The notes beneath the pieces are model-generated. The model made no database searches and had not been told where the DNA came from. It saw only the letters and a program-made list of their open reading frames with translations. From NCBI GenBank assembly GCA_014905635.1, contig JABVCE010000016.1, positions 62,001-126,000 of the forward strand: a stretch of DNA of 64,000 nucleotides, read 5' to 3'. This stretch comes from Scenedesmus sp. PABB004 (taxonomy: Eukaryota). A program made the translations under genes and the position numbers. Of this stretch, positions 16,134 through 27,593 are shown one piece after another. The first letter of the stretch is position 1. Every line of letters begins with the position of its first letter.

Positions 16134-17567
16134 ATGGCCCTGTTTGCGCGCACGCCTGCCTGTGGCGTGAATCTGCGCCCGGCGGGGCGGCTCGTGCTGC
16201 TGCTCGCGCTCGCGGCGGCGGGCCCGCGCGGCGTGCGCGCGCACGGGATGCTCACGGAGCCTCCGTCGCGCAACTGGCTCGACTGGGTGAACAACAACGC
16301 CTACTGGCCCGACGCCAACAACGCTGGCGGTGCGGCGGGGCCCCGCGGCGCGGGCCCTGCTGAACGCGGCCGGCCGCGGGCGGGCAGCGCGCGGCGCGCC
16401 AGCGGGCCGCAGGCGCGGTCTCGCCGCGGCTGCACTGCCGCCAAATGCGGCCGCTCGCGCCGCCCCCGTCAGGCTACAAGGCCCTCGGCGCGTACAACGG
16501 CGGCGACGCGCCGACCGCGCGCTGGCCCAACGGCAAGCACAGCCTGTGCGGCGACCCCGGCAGCGGCCCGCAGCCCTACATGACGCCCGGGCCGGTCGTC
16601 GCGACGTACAAGGCGGGGCAGATCGTGGAGCTCCACGTCGCCATTACGACCAACCACTACGGCCGGTTCACCTTTGCGCTCTGCCCCGCCGACGCGACGC
16701 GCGACGAGCAGTGCACGAAGCTGCAGCGGTGAGGCCCGCGTGCGCGCGGCGCGCGCGGCGCCGCGCGGTCGGCGCGGTGCGGCGTGGCCGACGCGCCGAC
16801 GCGCGCCGCGCGCCGCCGCAGCGCCGACGGCAAGGGCGTGTCGTGGGACCTGCCGGCGGTGGTGGAGGGCAGCCGCTTCAACGGCGGCGCGCTGCGCGAG
16901 GCGCTGCGGCCGATGGAGGTGGACGCCTTCTACGCCTGGTGCGCGCCTGGCCGGCCGACCATGGCGCGCGCGCGGCGCGGGGCCGCCCGTGGCCGGCTGC
17001 CGCCCGCGCCCGCGCCCGCGCTCAGCCACGCGGGGCCGCCCGGGCGCGCAGGTACCCGATGGGGCGCGTCAAGTGCGCCACGACAGCGCAGTGCGGTCGA
17101 TTCAACGGCACGCCCGTGTACAAGCTGCGTTTCAAGCTCCCGCCCGGGCGCACGTGCGAAAAGTGCATCCTCCAGTGGAACTACCTGACCGGCCACAAGT
17201 GCCACCCGCCCTGCATCCCCCAGGACCGCTACTACCCCGACTGCCGGGTGCGCTGCGCTGCGCCCGGGGGCACGGGTCGAGGCTCCGCTCCTGGTGCGCC
17301 AGCTGCACCAGCAGCGCCGCCGCCGACGCCGCCGCCGCCGCCGCTGTCGCCCTCCCTGCAGGCCAACCCCAAGTTCCGGGGGACCTACCTCGCGACCATG
17401 GACTACTGCGGCACCCAGTGGGCCGCGTACCCAGAGACCTTCTGGTGCGGCCGCGGCGCCGCGCGGCTGCAGCCGGTCGGGCGGCGCAGGCCCCCCCTGG
17501 GCGCGCCGCCGACCTGCGCCGGCGCCGCGGTCGCAGGAACTGCGCTGACATCGCCATCACGGCATGA
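16134..17567 (+). CDS. Secreted lytic polysaccharide monooxygenase (AA15/AA10-like, chitin-binding type-4 fold)
   Basis: Signal peptide ending VRA, mature N-terminal His (HGMLTEPPSRN, codon 16242), CGDP, second His in ITTNHYGRFTFALC, then FKLPPGRTCEKCILQWNY and ETFWNCADIAI. Confidence 0.9.
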
Positions 17568-17893
17568 CGCGCGCCTGGCGTCGCGCCCGCCGCGCGCTGG
17601 CGGCGGCGCGGCACTGGGTGAGGGGCTGGCGCGGCTGTATCACCACAACGCACGCGGCGCGGTCAAACGCTGGGGCGGCGGCGTCACGAAGACCAACGCT
17701 CGGGCGGGGTGGGCCAGCATCGGGGTTTTGACCGAAACTCAATTTGCAGCAACGTGCGCACGGCCTGAGCGAGCGAGCGAGCGGGCGGCGGGGGTGGCGG
17801 CACTGCGGCGCATTGCACAGGGTTGGCGCGGCGGCGCCTGGCGGGCCGCAGGGAGCGCGACTGCAACAGTCTCGCGCGCGAGCGACCCTCGCC

Positions 17894-19708
17894 TCAGCCC
17901 GCACCCGGATGCTGCTCCTGCTGCTGCTCGGCCTGCTGCGACCGCCCCGACTGCGCCGCCTCCCACTCCCACCAGGCGAGGCTGGCGACGACCAGCCCCG
18001 GCTGCTGCCGCAGCAGCCAGTCGCGGGCGACCGTGCCGCCCAGCGCGCGGTCCCTGCAGTTGGCGGCGACGTGGCTGGGGCCGTCCACTTCGACCGCCAG
18101 CCGCACGCGCGCGCCGCCTCGAGCGCCGCCCGCCGGTGCAGCACGCCGCCACCGCTGCAGCGCCGCCAGCAGGCCGTGCGCCCGCACCAGCTCGGCGAGC
18201 GCGGCGGGCGCGTCGCACAGGATGTCAACCGCGAGCGTGTCGCCGTCTGTGCCGCTGCCCACGCTGACCGGCGCCTCCAGCTCCGGCCGCAGGCCCGCCG
18301 CCGCCAGCTCGTCCGCGACCAGCCGCTGCAGGTGGGACGTGGTGCGGTCAGCGCGCCCCACCGCCGCGCGGCACGCCCCGCGCAGCGCCACCAGCTGCGC
18401 CGGCGCCGCGGCGGGCGGGGCGCGCGCGGGCGCGGCCTGCCCCGTGGCCCGCAGCGCCGCCGCGCTGAGCAGGCGGGCGATGTGCAGCTGCACGAGGCCC
18501 GCAGCGCCCAGGGCGTCGGCGCCGCTGCCGTCAGCGCCAAAGGCCGCGGCCGCCGCACGCGCCTCGGCGTCGCTGCACACGGCCGCCACCGCCGGCGCGA
18601 GCGCGGCCCAGGCGGGCGCCTCGCGGCAGCCGCTGTGCGCGTCGCCGCCGTTGTCGCCGCCACCGTCGCCGCTGAGCCCGCAGGCAAGCAGCACGGCGAG
18701 TGCCCACGCCAGCAGCGCGAGCTGCGCCGGCCCGGCCGCGTCAAGCGCGCGCTGCCCCTGCCCCTGCGCCGCCAGCCGCAGCGCGCCCGCCAGCAGCTCT
18801 GGGGTCGCGTGCGCGAGCGTGGCGTGGCTCCAAAGATAGTTGGCCAGCAGCTGCGGCGTGACGCCGGCCAGGCCGCCTTGCTGCTCGCTCGCCGCGACTG
18901 CCTCGGCCGGCTCGGTCTGCGCCGCTGCCGCCTCGGCAAACCTGGCCGCCGCCGCGCCCAGCAGCGCGACGTCGTGCCACCGCAGCCGGGCGAGCGCCAC
19001 AGTCGCGAGCATTAGCTCCTGCCACGCAGGGGGCGGGGGCCGCGCGGCGGCAGCGGCAGCGGTCGGCGGGCAGGGTGTGGCGGCAGCGGCCGCGCGACGC
19101 CGCGGGGAGCCCACCTGCAGCGTCATGGCCGGCGCCGCGCGCGCCGCCGCGCCCACGGCAGCGGGGAGCAGCTGCTGGGCTTGCGCCTCGCCCGCGCAGG
19201 CCCAGCGCTCCAGGCCCCGCAGCAGGTACAGCAGCTCCCCAGGTGACGCCGCTGCCGCCAGCGCCGCCGCGAGCGACGAGCCTTCTTCTGCGCAGAGCAG
19301 CTGCCGCGCCGCCGCCTGCCAGAGCGGCGTGGCGTTGGCCAGGCCCTGCAGGCGCGGCAGCACAAACGCCATCCGGCAGAGCGACCCCACCGGCAGGCCG
19401 CCGCGCGCCGTGCGCTGCGCGAGCTCGCCGAGCAGCTCGGCCGCCAGCGCGCGCCGCTGCGCCGCCTCCCGGGGCGGCGCGGCCGCGCCGAGCTGCGCCA
19501 GGCGCTGCAGGGCCGCCAGCTGCGCCGCCGCCGGGGCCCGGCCGTGGCGAGCGCGCCGCAGCGCCGCCGCGACGGCCGCAGCGCGCGGCGCCGCCGCGAT
19601 TGCGCTGAAGTCCACGCCCCCGCCGCCGCCGCCGCGCCTGCTGCTGCCCGCGCAGGCCAACACCAGGCACCTCTGGCTCGGCCAGAGCGTGGCGCTGCCG
19701 GGCGCCAT
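17894..19708 (-). CDS. RAP-domain organellar RNA-binding protein (OPR-like helical repeats)
   Basis: C-terminal LAVEVDGPSH...TVARDWLL...LVVASLAWWEW is a RAP signature; PQLLANYLWSHATL is OPR-like. One 96-nt in-frame intron at 19019-19114. Confidence 0.85.
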   Translation of the reverse strand: MAPGSATLWPSQRCLVLACAGSSRRGGGGGGVDFSAIAAAPRAAAVAAALRRARHGRAPAAAQLAALQRLAQLGAAAPPREAAQRRALAAELLGELAQRTARGGLPVGSLCRMAFVLPRLQGLANATPLWQAAARQLLCAEEGSSLAAALAAAASPGELLYLLRGLERWACAGEAQAQQLLPAAVGAAARAAPAMTLQVGSPRRRAAAAATPCPPTAAAAAARPPPPAWQELMLATVALARLRWHDVALLGAAAARFAEAAAAQTEPAEAVAASEQQGGLAGVTPQLLANYLWSHATLAHATPELLAGALRLAAQGQGQRALDAAGPAQLALLAWALAVLLACGLSGDGGGDNGGDAHSGCREAPAWAALAPAVAAVCSDAEARAAAAAFGADGSGADALGAAGLVQLHIARLLSAAALRATGQAAPARAPPAAAPAQLVALRGACRAAVGRADRTTSHLQRLVADELAAAGLRPELEAPVSVGSGTDGDTLAVDILCDAPAALAELVRAHGLLAALQRWRRAAPAGGARGGARVRLAVEVDGPSHVAANCRDRALGGTVARDWLLRQQPGLVVASLAWWEWEAAQSGRSQQAEQQQEQHPGAG

Positions 19709-20001
19709 CGGCGGCAGCGGCGGCGGCGTGCGCCGGCAGCAGCGCGCACGGCAGCGGAGGCAGGCGGCGAGCAGCTGGGCGGTGGAAAGCGCATGCGCGA
19801 TTGGGTTGTTGGCGCGACGGCAGCTGGGGGTTAAGAGCAGGGCGGAGCGCGTCAGTAGCGGTTGGTGGCGCCGCCGTCAGCTGCGCGTGTGCTCGCCGGT
19901 CGAGCTCCTTCCGCCTCGCCGCCGCGCCCAGAGCCTGCCTCACCCGCGAGTCTCAAGATGTGCTAGGGGCCTGCCCGTTGCGCCGGCGTCACCGCTGTGC
20001 G

Positions 20002-20810
20002 ATGGCCTCGCGAGCAGCGGCGGCACCGGCCGTCGCCCACGGCAGCAGCAGCCGCCGCCGGCCAGCGGCCACGCAGCTGCTGCTGGTCCTGGCGCTGGCC
20101 GCCGGCGCGGCGCGATCCGTCGCCGCGGTCGCGCCCGGCGCCGCGCCGTCGTCGCTCTCGGCGGCGGGGCCGTCGTGCGTCGAGGGCTTTTTCAACACCA
20201 CCGCCAGGCACTACGCCGGCGACCCGGAGTGCGCGTACCTGGTGCAGGCGGCGTTCGCGGCGGTCTCGGCGGACCAGTGCCCCGACGGCGGCGGCGGCAC
20301 GGGGTCGCCGCTGCACCGCTGCCTCGCCGCGAGCGAGGTGCGGCGCGAGCGAGCGTGGGCGGGTCGGCGCAGGGCGGGCCTCTGCGCCGACTCCCGGGCA
20401 CGGCTGCGCACGGAGCAGGGCGGGCCTCTGCGTGCGACGACCGTTGCACGACCGCACGCAGGCCACCATCGCCGCCTGGTCGGCCTTCCTCGACCGCTGC
20501 CCGCTGGCCAACGTGCTGCAGCAGGCGCGGGCGACCAGCCGCAGCGGGGCGCGCGCGGCCGGCGCCGCAGCGCGCTCGCGCGCTCACCCGCCCGCTCGCC
20601 CGCGGCGGCGCGCAGGGCTCGGGGCGCCGTGGGGCGTACAGCTGCTTTCCCAAGCTCGAGAGCGTGCAAGCTTTCGAGGACTACGCGCGCTCCAGCGGCA
20701 GCGGCTCGCGCGGCGTGGCGGCCAGCGGCGCGGGCGTGGGCCGGCGACGCGGCGGCGGCGCGAGCGCGGCGCTGGCGGCGGCCGCGGCGGCCGCCGCCCT
20801 GCTGCTGTGA
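20002..20810 (+). CDS. Small Cys-containing secreted protein, probably GPI-anchored
   Basis: Hydrophobic signal-like LLLVLALAAGAA, six Cys in the mature part, a Ser/Gly spacer and a hydrophobic C-terminus AALAAAAAAAALLL*. Three exons. Confidence 0.6.
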
Positions 20811-20932
20811 GCTGCGCGCAGAGAGCAGGCTGCGCTGACGGCGGGCGCGGGCGCAACGAACGAACCGGTTTCCGCTGGAACGCACGTCCGCGGCACACTT
20901 GCCCGTGCGCGGCCGCGCCGCGCACGGTCCGG

Positions 20933-21965
20933 TCACAGCGGCGCGGCGCCGCGGTGCGCCTCGCGCTCGGCGCGGCTGCTGAGCGCGTAGCCGTGCGCCG
21001 CCTCGAGCTCCACCTCTACGCCGTGCAGCACCGCGCCAAACACGGCCGCCTCGAGCAGCAGGCGGCGGAAGAGCCCGAGCTCAAAGCTCACCAGGTCGGC
21101 GTCCGGCAGGCTCCCCGGCGGCGGGCCCTCGCCCGACCAGCCGCGCGCGGACGCGTCGGCGGCGCGCGCGGCGAGCCGCGCTGCGGTGCCGGGCGTGTTG
21201 AAATGCTCGAGCAGGTTCGCTGCGCAGCGCGGCGCGCGGCGGCGGCGGCGCGCTCGGCGGCGGCGCGGTGCAGCAGCTGCTGCGCGGGCGGCCGCCGGCG
21301 CCGCGCGCTGGCAGCCGCGCGCGCGCCCGCTGCCGCCGCCGCGCCTGCTGGCTCCATCTGGATCTGGCTGATTGTGAGTGAGAGGTCGGGGTAGGGCAGA
21401 CCGAAGGAGTCAAACGGATCGTCGTTGGGCTGCAGACCAAACACGAAGCCCGCGTGCCGCACGGCAGCCCACCAGGCGTCCGCGCTGCGCGGCGCGCACG
21501 CGCCGGCGACGCGACGTTGGCCGGCGGCGTGCGCGCGCGGCCGGCGGCCAGCCCGTCCGCCCCCTGGCGCCGGCGCGCACCTGCGCACGGCGCACATGCG
21601 GCGCAGCGCGCCCTCCTCGAGGCCGTCGGCGTGGGCAATCATGGCGGTGCTGTCCGACCCGACCGCCACGCCCGCCGCGCCGCACGCGGCCTCGAGCGCG
21701 GCAGAAAAGTAACCAAACTCTAGCAACCCGGCGTAGAGCCGCGCCGCCTGGCCGCGTTGGACGGCGACGGGCGGGCGCGCGGGCGTGGGCGCGGGCGTGG
21801 GCGCCGGGCGCGCGCTGGCGCCGCGGCGGCAGGCAGGCCCTGCGGCAGCGGACGGGCCGGCGGGCAGCCCCACCTGCACGCGGTCGACGCTGAGCGGCGT
21901 GGTGGGCGGCGCCGCCGCGTCCATCATCGCCGCGTCGCCGCCGCCAAACGTGCTGCGCGCGGCGC

Positions 21966-22001
<36 letters not shown>

Positions 22002-22840
22002 TCGTCGCGCGACGCCCCGGCGGCGCTCGTCGCGCGCGGCCGTCGGCCCTGGGGTCCCACGGAGCTTTGCGGCGCGCCTGAACCGCGGCGGCCGCACCTC
22101 GTCATGAAGCTCACCACGGCGTCCACGACCGCGCCCGACAGCAGCCCGCTCTGCGCGAGCGCGGCGGCGCTGACGAAGCCCGGCGGCGGCGCCGCGATGC
22201 CCGGCGCGAGCAGCGCGAGGTTGCCGAGCAGCGCCACGCCGCCGCCGTGCAGGCGCCGCAGCGCGGCGAGGTAGATGACGTCCGCCAGCACCTGCCCGCG
22301 CTCCGCCTCGCGCACGGCGCGTATGCGCCGCATCAGCTCGCCGTCGTCCCACGTCGACGACGCGTCAGCGCCGCCGCCGCCGCCGCCGCCGGCAGACTCG
22401 CCGGCAGACTCGGCGGCGGCCGCCGCGTCGGCCGCCGCGTCGGCCGCGGCCGCGCGCTCCATCTCCGCCTCGCGGTCCCGCTCCTGCTGCAGCTCGGTGA
22501 GGTAGGTCGTGACCGCGGGGCCGAACAGCACGTCGCGCTGAGTGCCGCCCTGCGTCAGGATGTAGGCCAGCTGGGACCCCTGCGGGCTGCTCAGCGGCAC
22601 AGCGACCTCCAGCTCCAGCGCCAGCTCCTCCTGCTGCTCCTCCTGCTGGCCCGCCGGGCCAGGCTCGCCGCCGCCGCCGGCCGGCGGCGGGCCGGGCTCG
22701 CCGCCGCCGCCGGCCGCTCGCCGGCGGCCGCGGCAGCGCGGCGCGGCGGCGGTGCAGTTGTGCTGCCTGAGCAGGCGCGGCGTGCAGCGCCGAATGCCAT
22801 GACCTATGCGCACGCCGCGCGCCGCGCCGCCTAGCTGCAT
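20933..22840 (-). CDS. DUF760 (UV-B-induced At3g17800-like) plastid protein
   Basis: VPLSSPQGSQLAYIL, LMRRIRAVREAERGQVLADVIY, QAARLYAGLLEFGYF and LFRRLLLEAAVFGAVLHGVE match DUF760 motifs as recalled. Confidence 0.8.
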
Positions 22841-23154
22841 CGCGGCAGCGGGGCGCCGGCGCAAGCAGCAGCGGCGGCGGCGGCGGCGCGCGTGCAGGCG
22901 GGCGGCCGCTTCGCGGCGCGACCAGCGCTGGCGCCGGTCGTGACTGGAGTGCGCCCGGGGCGAGCCCGCGCGGTGTTCTGAACGCGGTTCGCGCCACGCC
23001 TGGTGCGCTTCTGCTGCCCGGGCCCGCGCGCTCCACCTGGCCCCCGCCGCGCCCCGGAGACCCAGTCGAGCAATTCGCTGCCCTCTGCCGCCCCTCCGTG
23101 CGCCGCGTGAGACACCCCGCCACGCTCCGCTCGCCCAGCACCACACACCTCGCG

Positions 23155-23758
23155 ATGGCCGCCCTCGCGACCGCCCCCGCGCGCGCCGCGCTGCAGGCCT
23201 CCACCAGCGGGCGCCCCGCGGTCGCGCGGCCCGCCCTGGCCAGCCGGCAGCGCGTCGTGGTGCCCCGCGCGGCCAAGCTGCCCGCGGGCGTGAGCGCCCC
23301 GCCGCGGACGCCCACCACGCCGCTCGCGCGCTTCGGCTTCGTGCAGTGGGCGGAGAAGATCAACTCCCGCGCGGCCATGCTGGGATTCTTCGGCATCCTG
23401 CTCGTCGAGGCGCTCGCCGGCAAGGGCGTGTTCGAGCTCGCCGGCTTCACCGGTGCGCGGCGGCGCTGCCCGCGCGCGGCCGGCGCGCGGCGGCGGCCGG
23501 CGCGGCCGCCGGCGGCGGTGGCGCCACCGCCAGCGCAGTCAGGGCTGTGCCGGCCAGGCGCGCGAGCGCGGCGGCGCCCGAGCGGGGAGCCCGCCGCCGC
23601 AGCCGGCGACCGCCGCTGCAGCGGTGGCCGGCAGCGTTCGCCGTCGCCACCGCTGCGCGCGCCCGGGCTGCCCGAGCACAGCGCCGCGCCGCCGCTCACC
23701 CGCGCCCACGCGCCCGCCCGCACGCGCAGTCGGCCAGGGCCTGGGCTTCGAGTTCTGA
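23155..23758 (+). CDS. OHP1: One-helix protein 1 / high-light-inducible LHC-like protein
   Basis: Exons 23155-23452 and 23730-23758 encode FGFVQWAEKINSRAAMLGFFGILLVE..GKGVFELAGFTVGQGLGFEF. TGTAA at 24025. Confidence 0.92.
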
Positions 23759-24448
23759 GCCTGTGGCCCGGGCGGTGGCAGCAGAACTGCATCATTCGTT
23801 GAGGGGGCGCAACGCTTTACAATTGGCCGCGTCGCGCGCGGCAGCAGCCTGGAGCGATTTTGGAGCGGCCGCTGCTGCGGCGGGCAGGCGCGGCGGCGGC
23901 GGCGCAGCGGCAACAGTGAGCCGCGATGCGGTCGGCCGTGGGCCCGCGCGGTGGCCGTCAACGAGCGAGCGAGCGGGTGCACTCAGCAGGGGTGCGCGCT
24001 GGCGACGCGCCGCGCCGCGCTGCGTGTAAGGGGCGCTGCGCACGGCAACCGATGCGCAACCGCTTGCGGCGCGGCGTCACCCGTCGCTGCTGTGCGCCGC
24101 CGCCGCGCCGGCACAGCCGCGGTCCAGATCGCCTGTGACGCACACCCGTCGGCGAGGTCGACCGTGATCGGGCCCACCAGCAGCAGGTCGGTCCACACAG
24201 CTCGGCCCCCGCGGCTCGCGCGCTCGCGAACGGGCGGCTGAGCGTGCCGTGCGTCGTCCCTGCTTCAGCCGCCGCGAGCTCGGGAGCGCCTTCCGCCCCG
24301 CGCCTGCGCCCTCCCCACAACCGTTACCTTGCAGGGAGGGCCCACGAAGCTCGCTCGCGGTCGCAGCGCCCCCCGCCGGCGGTTGGGAGCAGCGGGCGGG
24401 CCGCTGCCGCTGCCGCCGGTGCCGCCGCCGCCGGTGCCGCCGCCGCCG

Positions 24449-27138
24449 ATGGCGCGGCCGGCGGCCTGCACGGTCGGTCTGCTGCTGCTGGCCCTGGCTC
24501 AGCCAGCGGCAGCGCTGCCGATCAAAGGCGGCGCCGCGCGGGAGGCGGTGTTCACGCCGCGCGGCAACGTCTCGGCCCGCGTCTGGACGAACGCCAGCGC
24601 GCCGGGCTTCGTGTGGCCGGAGCTCTCGGACACCGAGTTTGGCATGCCCGCCCTGCTGCGCCGGCCCAACCTGGGCATCGCGCTGAGCGGCGGCGGCATG
24701 CGAGCGACGACACTCGCGCTCGGCTGGGTCCGCGCGCTGTGGCAGGTGACCGGCGCGCGCGCGGCGCCGCGCACGGCAGCGCCCGCGCGGCCGGCTGACG
24801 CGCGGCCGGCTGACGCGCGGCCGGCTGATCTGCGCCGCGCGCGCAGATGGGCGTGCTGCAGCGGGCGCGGTATCTCGCCAGCAACAGCGGCGGCAGCTGG
24901 TTCAACGGCGCGTTCAGCTTCACGCAGGCGCCGCTGCGCCAGTTCCTGGGGCCGTACGTGCCGCCCCAGAACCTCACGCTCGCCGTGGCGGGCGCGCTGC
25001 CGTGGGGGAGCTACGCGGCAGCGATCAGCGACGCGCAGCCGGTGCTCGACATCGTCGGCTCGACCGTCGTCGACGCCGGTGCGGCCGGCTGCGCCGCGCC
25101 GCGCCGCGCGCGCGCCGCGCCGCCGCGCCGCGCGCCGCCCATCCCGCGCCCGCGCCCGCGCCCGCCAGTGTCGGCGCGCGAGGACGTGCGCGCGTGGTCG
25201 GACGCAATCGGCGAGGCGTTCCTGGAGCCCTTTGGCGTCGGCGACCACGCGAGCAGCGTGACGACGCTCGGCACGCGCGGCCGCGTGCACGAGCGCGTCG
25301 CGGCGGAGGTGCCGGTCCCCCTGCTCACCGCCGGCACGCAGGAGCGGTGCGCCGCGCGACGCCGCGCCGCGCCGCGCCGTGCCTGCCGCGCCGGCCCGCG
25401 CCGCGAGCGCCGCGCCCCTCCGCCGCGCCGCCGCGCCGACGCCAGGCCCTTCCCCATCCTCCTGGGCAGCCTCATCCTGCGGAACGACTCGAGGGTGTTC
25501 TTTCCATTCGAGTTCACGCCCCTCTACTTTGGCAGCCCCCCGCTCGCGGCCGACGCGCGGCCGGTCGCGGTCGGGGGCGGCATGGTCGAGCCGCTCGGCT
25601 TCAACTCGGCGCCGCCCGGCGCGGGCGTGGTCAGCCCTGACGGCAGCAAGGCGCGCGCGCGGCCCGTTCCGCGGCCCGCGCCGCGCCGCGCCGCCCCCGC
25701 CGCCGCGGGGCGCGCGCCGGCCGCCGGCCGCCGCGCCGCACGCCACGCGTGCCACGCCTCCGCGCCCGCCGCGCGCGCGCGCGCGCAGTCTGTGAGCGTG
25801 GCGAGCGACTACGTGGTCAGCCTCGCGCAGGCGGTGGGCGTGTCGAGCAGCTTTGTCGCGCAGAAGACGCGCGGCGGGCGGGAGGGGCGCGAGGAGCTGC
25901 TGAGCGTGGAGGAGCTGGACTACTGGAACCAGTATGACTTCCGCGGTGCGCCGCCAGCTGGCCGGCGCGGCGGCGCGGCAGCGGCACGGCGGCGGCTTGG
26001 CGGCGGCGCGGTCCCGCGCCCCGAGCGGCCCGGGCGGGCGCGGCGCGCCGAGCGGCGCCGCCCTCGCGCCGCGCCGCGCCGCGCCGCGCCGCGCCGCGCA
26101 GGGACGGAGGATGCGCATTTCGCCGATGGTGGCGGCCACGATAACACTGCAATTACGCCGCTCCTGCGCCGCGGCGTGACGGCGATCATCGCCGGCTGCG
26201 CGACGTCCTGCGCCACGAGCACCAACGCCACCGACTACGCAGCATGTGAGCGCCGCGCGCGCCGCGCCCCGCGCCCCGGCTGCCACTCGCTGGCGTGCCG
26301 GTCAACCTTGCTGCTGCGCCCCCGCAGGCCAGTGGGACATCTCGGGCCTCTTTGGCGCCATCCCGCTGGCCATGGGCCCGATCGACGGCGTCGAGCCGGC
26401 GGTCTACAACAAGATGCTGCAGGTAGGCGCGGCGCGCGCACGCCGTGTGGAGTCAGGGGGCCCTGTCTGCCGCGACCGGGCTGCGCACCCAGCACGACCG
26501 GACCGGTCCGCCGCGCGCAGGTCTTCCCGACGAGCGCGTACGCCCAGTTTTACGCCGCGCTGCGCGCGCGCACCGCGGCCGGCGGCGCGGCGGTGGTCAG
26601 GCAGGCGCTGCCGGTGCTGCCCAACGCGCACCTCGGCGTCGCGGGCGGCTTCACCACGACGCTGCTGTGGCTGCTCAACGCGCCGACGCCGTCGTGGGAG
26701 GCGGCGCTGCCGGACGAGACGCGCGAGCTGCTGGCCCGGCACCGCGGCGGCAAGGCGCTCGCGGCCAAGGTGGATCGCATCAACCCGCTCGCCGCGTCCA
26801 GCCTCAAAGACTTTCCCCTGATCTCCACGTTTGCGATGGACTACACGCCCCAGCTCACGCAGCTGCTGAGCCAGCTCGCGAGCTGGACCGCGACGCAGGC
26901 GGGCGCCGACATGCGCGCGATGGCCGCGGGCGGCGGCGGCGCGCCGGCGGCCGGCGGCGGCGGCGCGCCCGCAGCGGCAGGCGGCGCGGCGGCGGGCGCG
27001 CCCGCGCAGCAGGCGGGCAGCGGCGCGCCGGCGGCGGCGGGCGGCGCGGGGCCGGCGGGCGCGGCGGCCGCCAAGCCGGCCGCGGCTGCGCCGGTGGCGG
27101 GCGCTCCGGGGGCGGCGCTCAACGCCTCGCGCGCGTGA
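24449..27138 (+). CDS. Secreted patatin/cPLA2/lysophospholipase-like hydrolase
   Basis: Signal peptide; GIALSGGGMRA (oxyanion/Arg motif); YLASNSGGSW (catalytic Ser); FADGGGHDN (catalytic Asp). TGTAA at 27151. Confidence 0.85.
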
Positions 27139-27243
27139 GCGGAGGGGCGATGTAACTCGTGGACCGCGTCGCACTCACTGCAGCAACTATCACGGTGGCT
27201 CCGGCAACTCACGCCCGCTCGCGCGCCGGCTCGTGCCGAGCCC

Positions 27244-27274
<31 letters not shown>

Positions 27275-27405
27275 ACCGCAGCAACGCCGCCGGCCCCCGC
27301 CCCTCCCCCCTCCCCGCTCATCGCCCTCATCGCCATCGATCGCCCATCGCCACCCCCTTGCCCGCGCCGAGGCGGCGCGCGCGCGCTCATGAGTACCTCT
27401 ACTGA

Positions 27406-27549
27406 TCAATAGAGGTACTCAGGCACCGCAAACGCGAGCCGCGGGCAGCGCACGCTCAGCGGTGCGCCGCTGCGCTGCATCATGCTGCCCGGCACAAACG
27501 CAAAGCACCCCTCCATGCCCCCGACCACGGCGCCCACGAGCGCGCGCGG

Positions 27550-27593
<44 letters not shown>

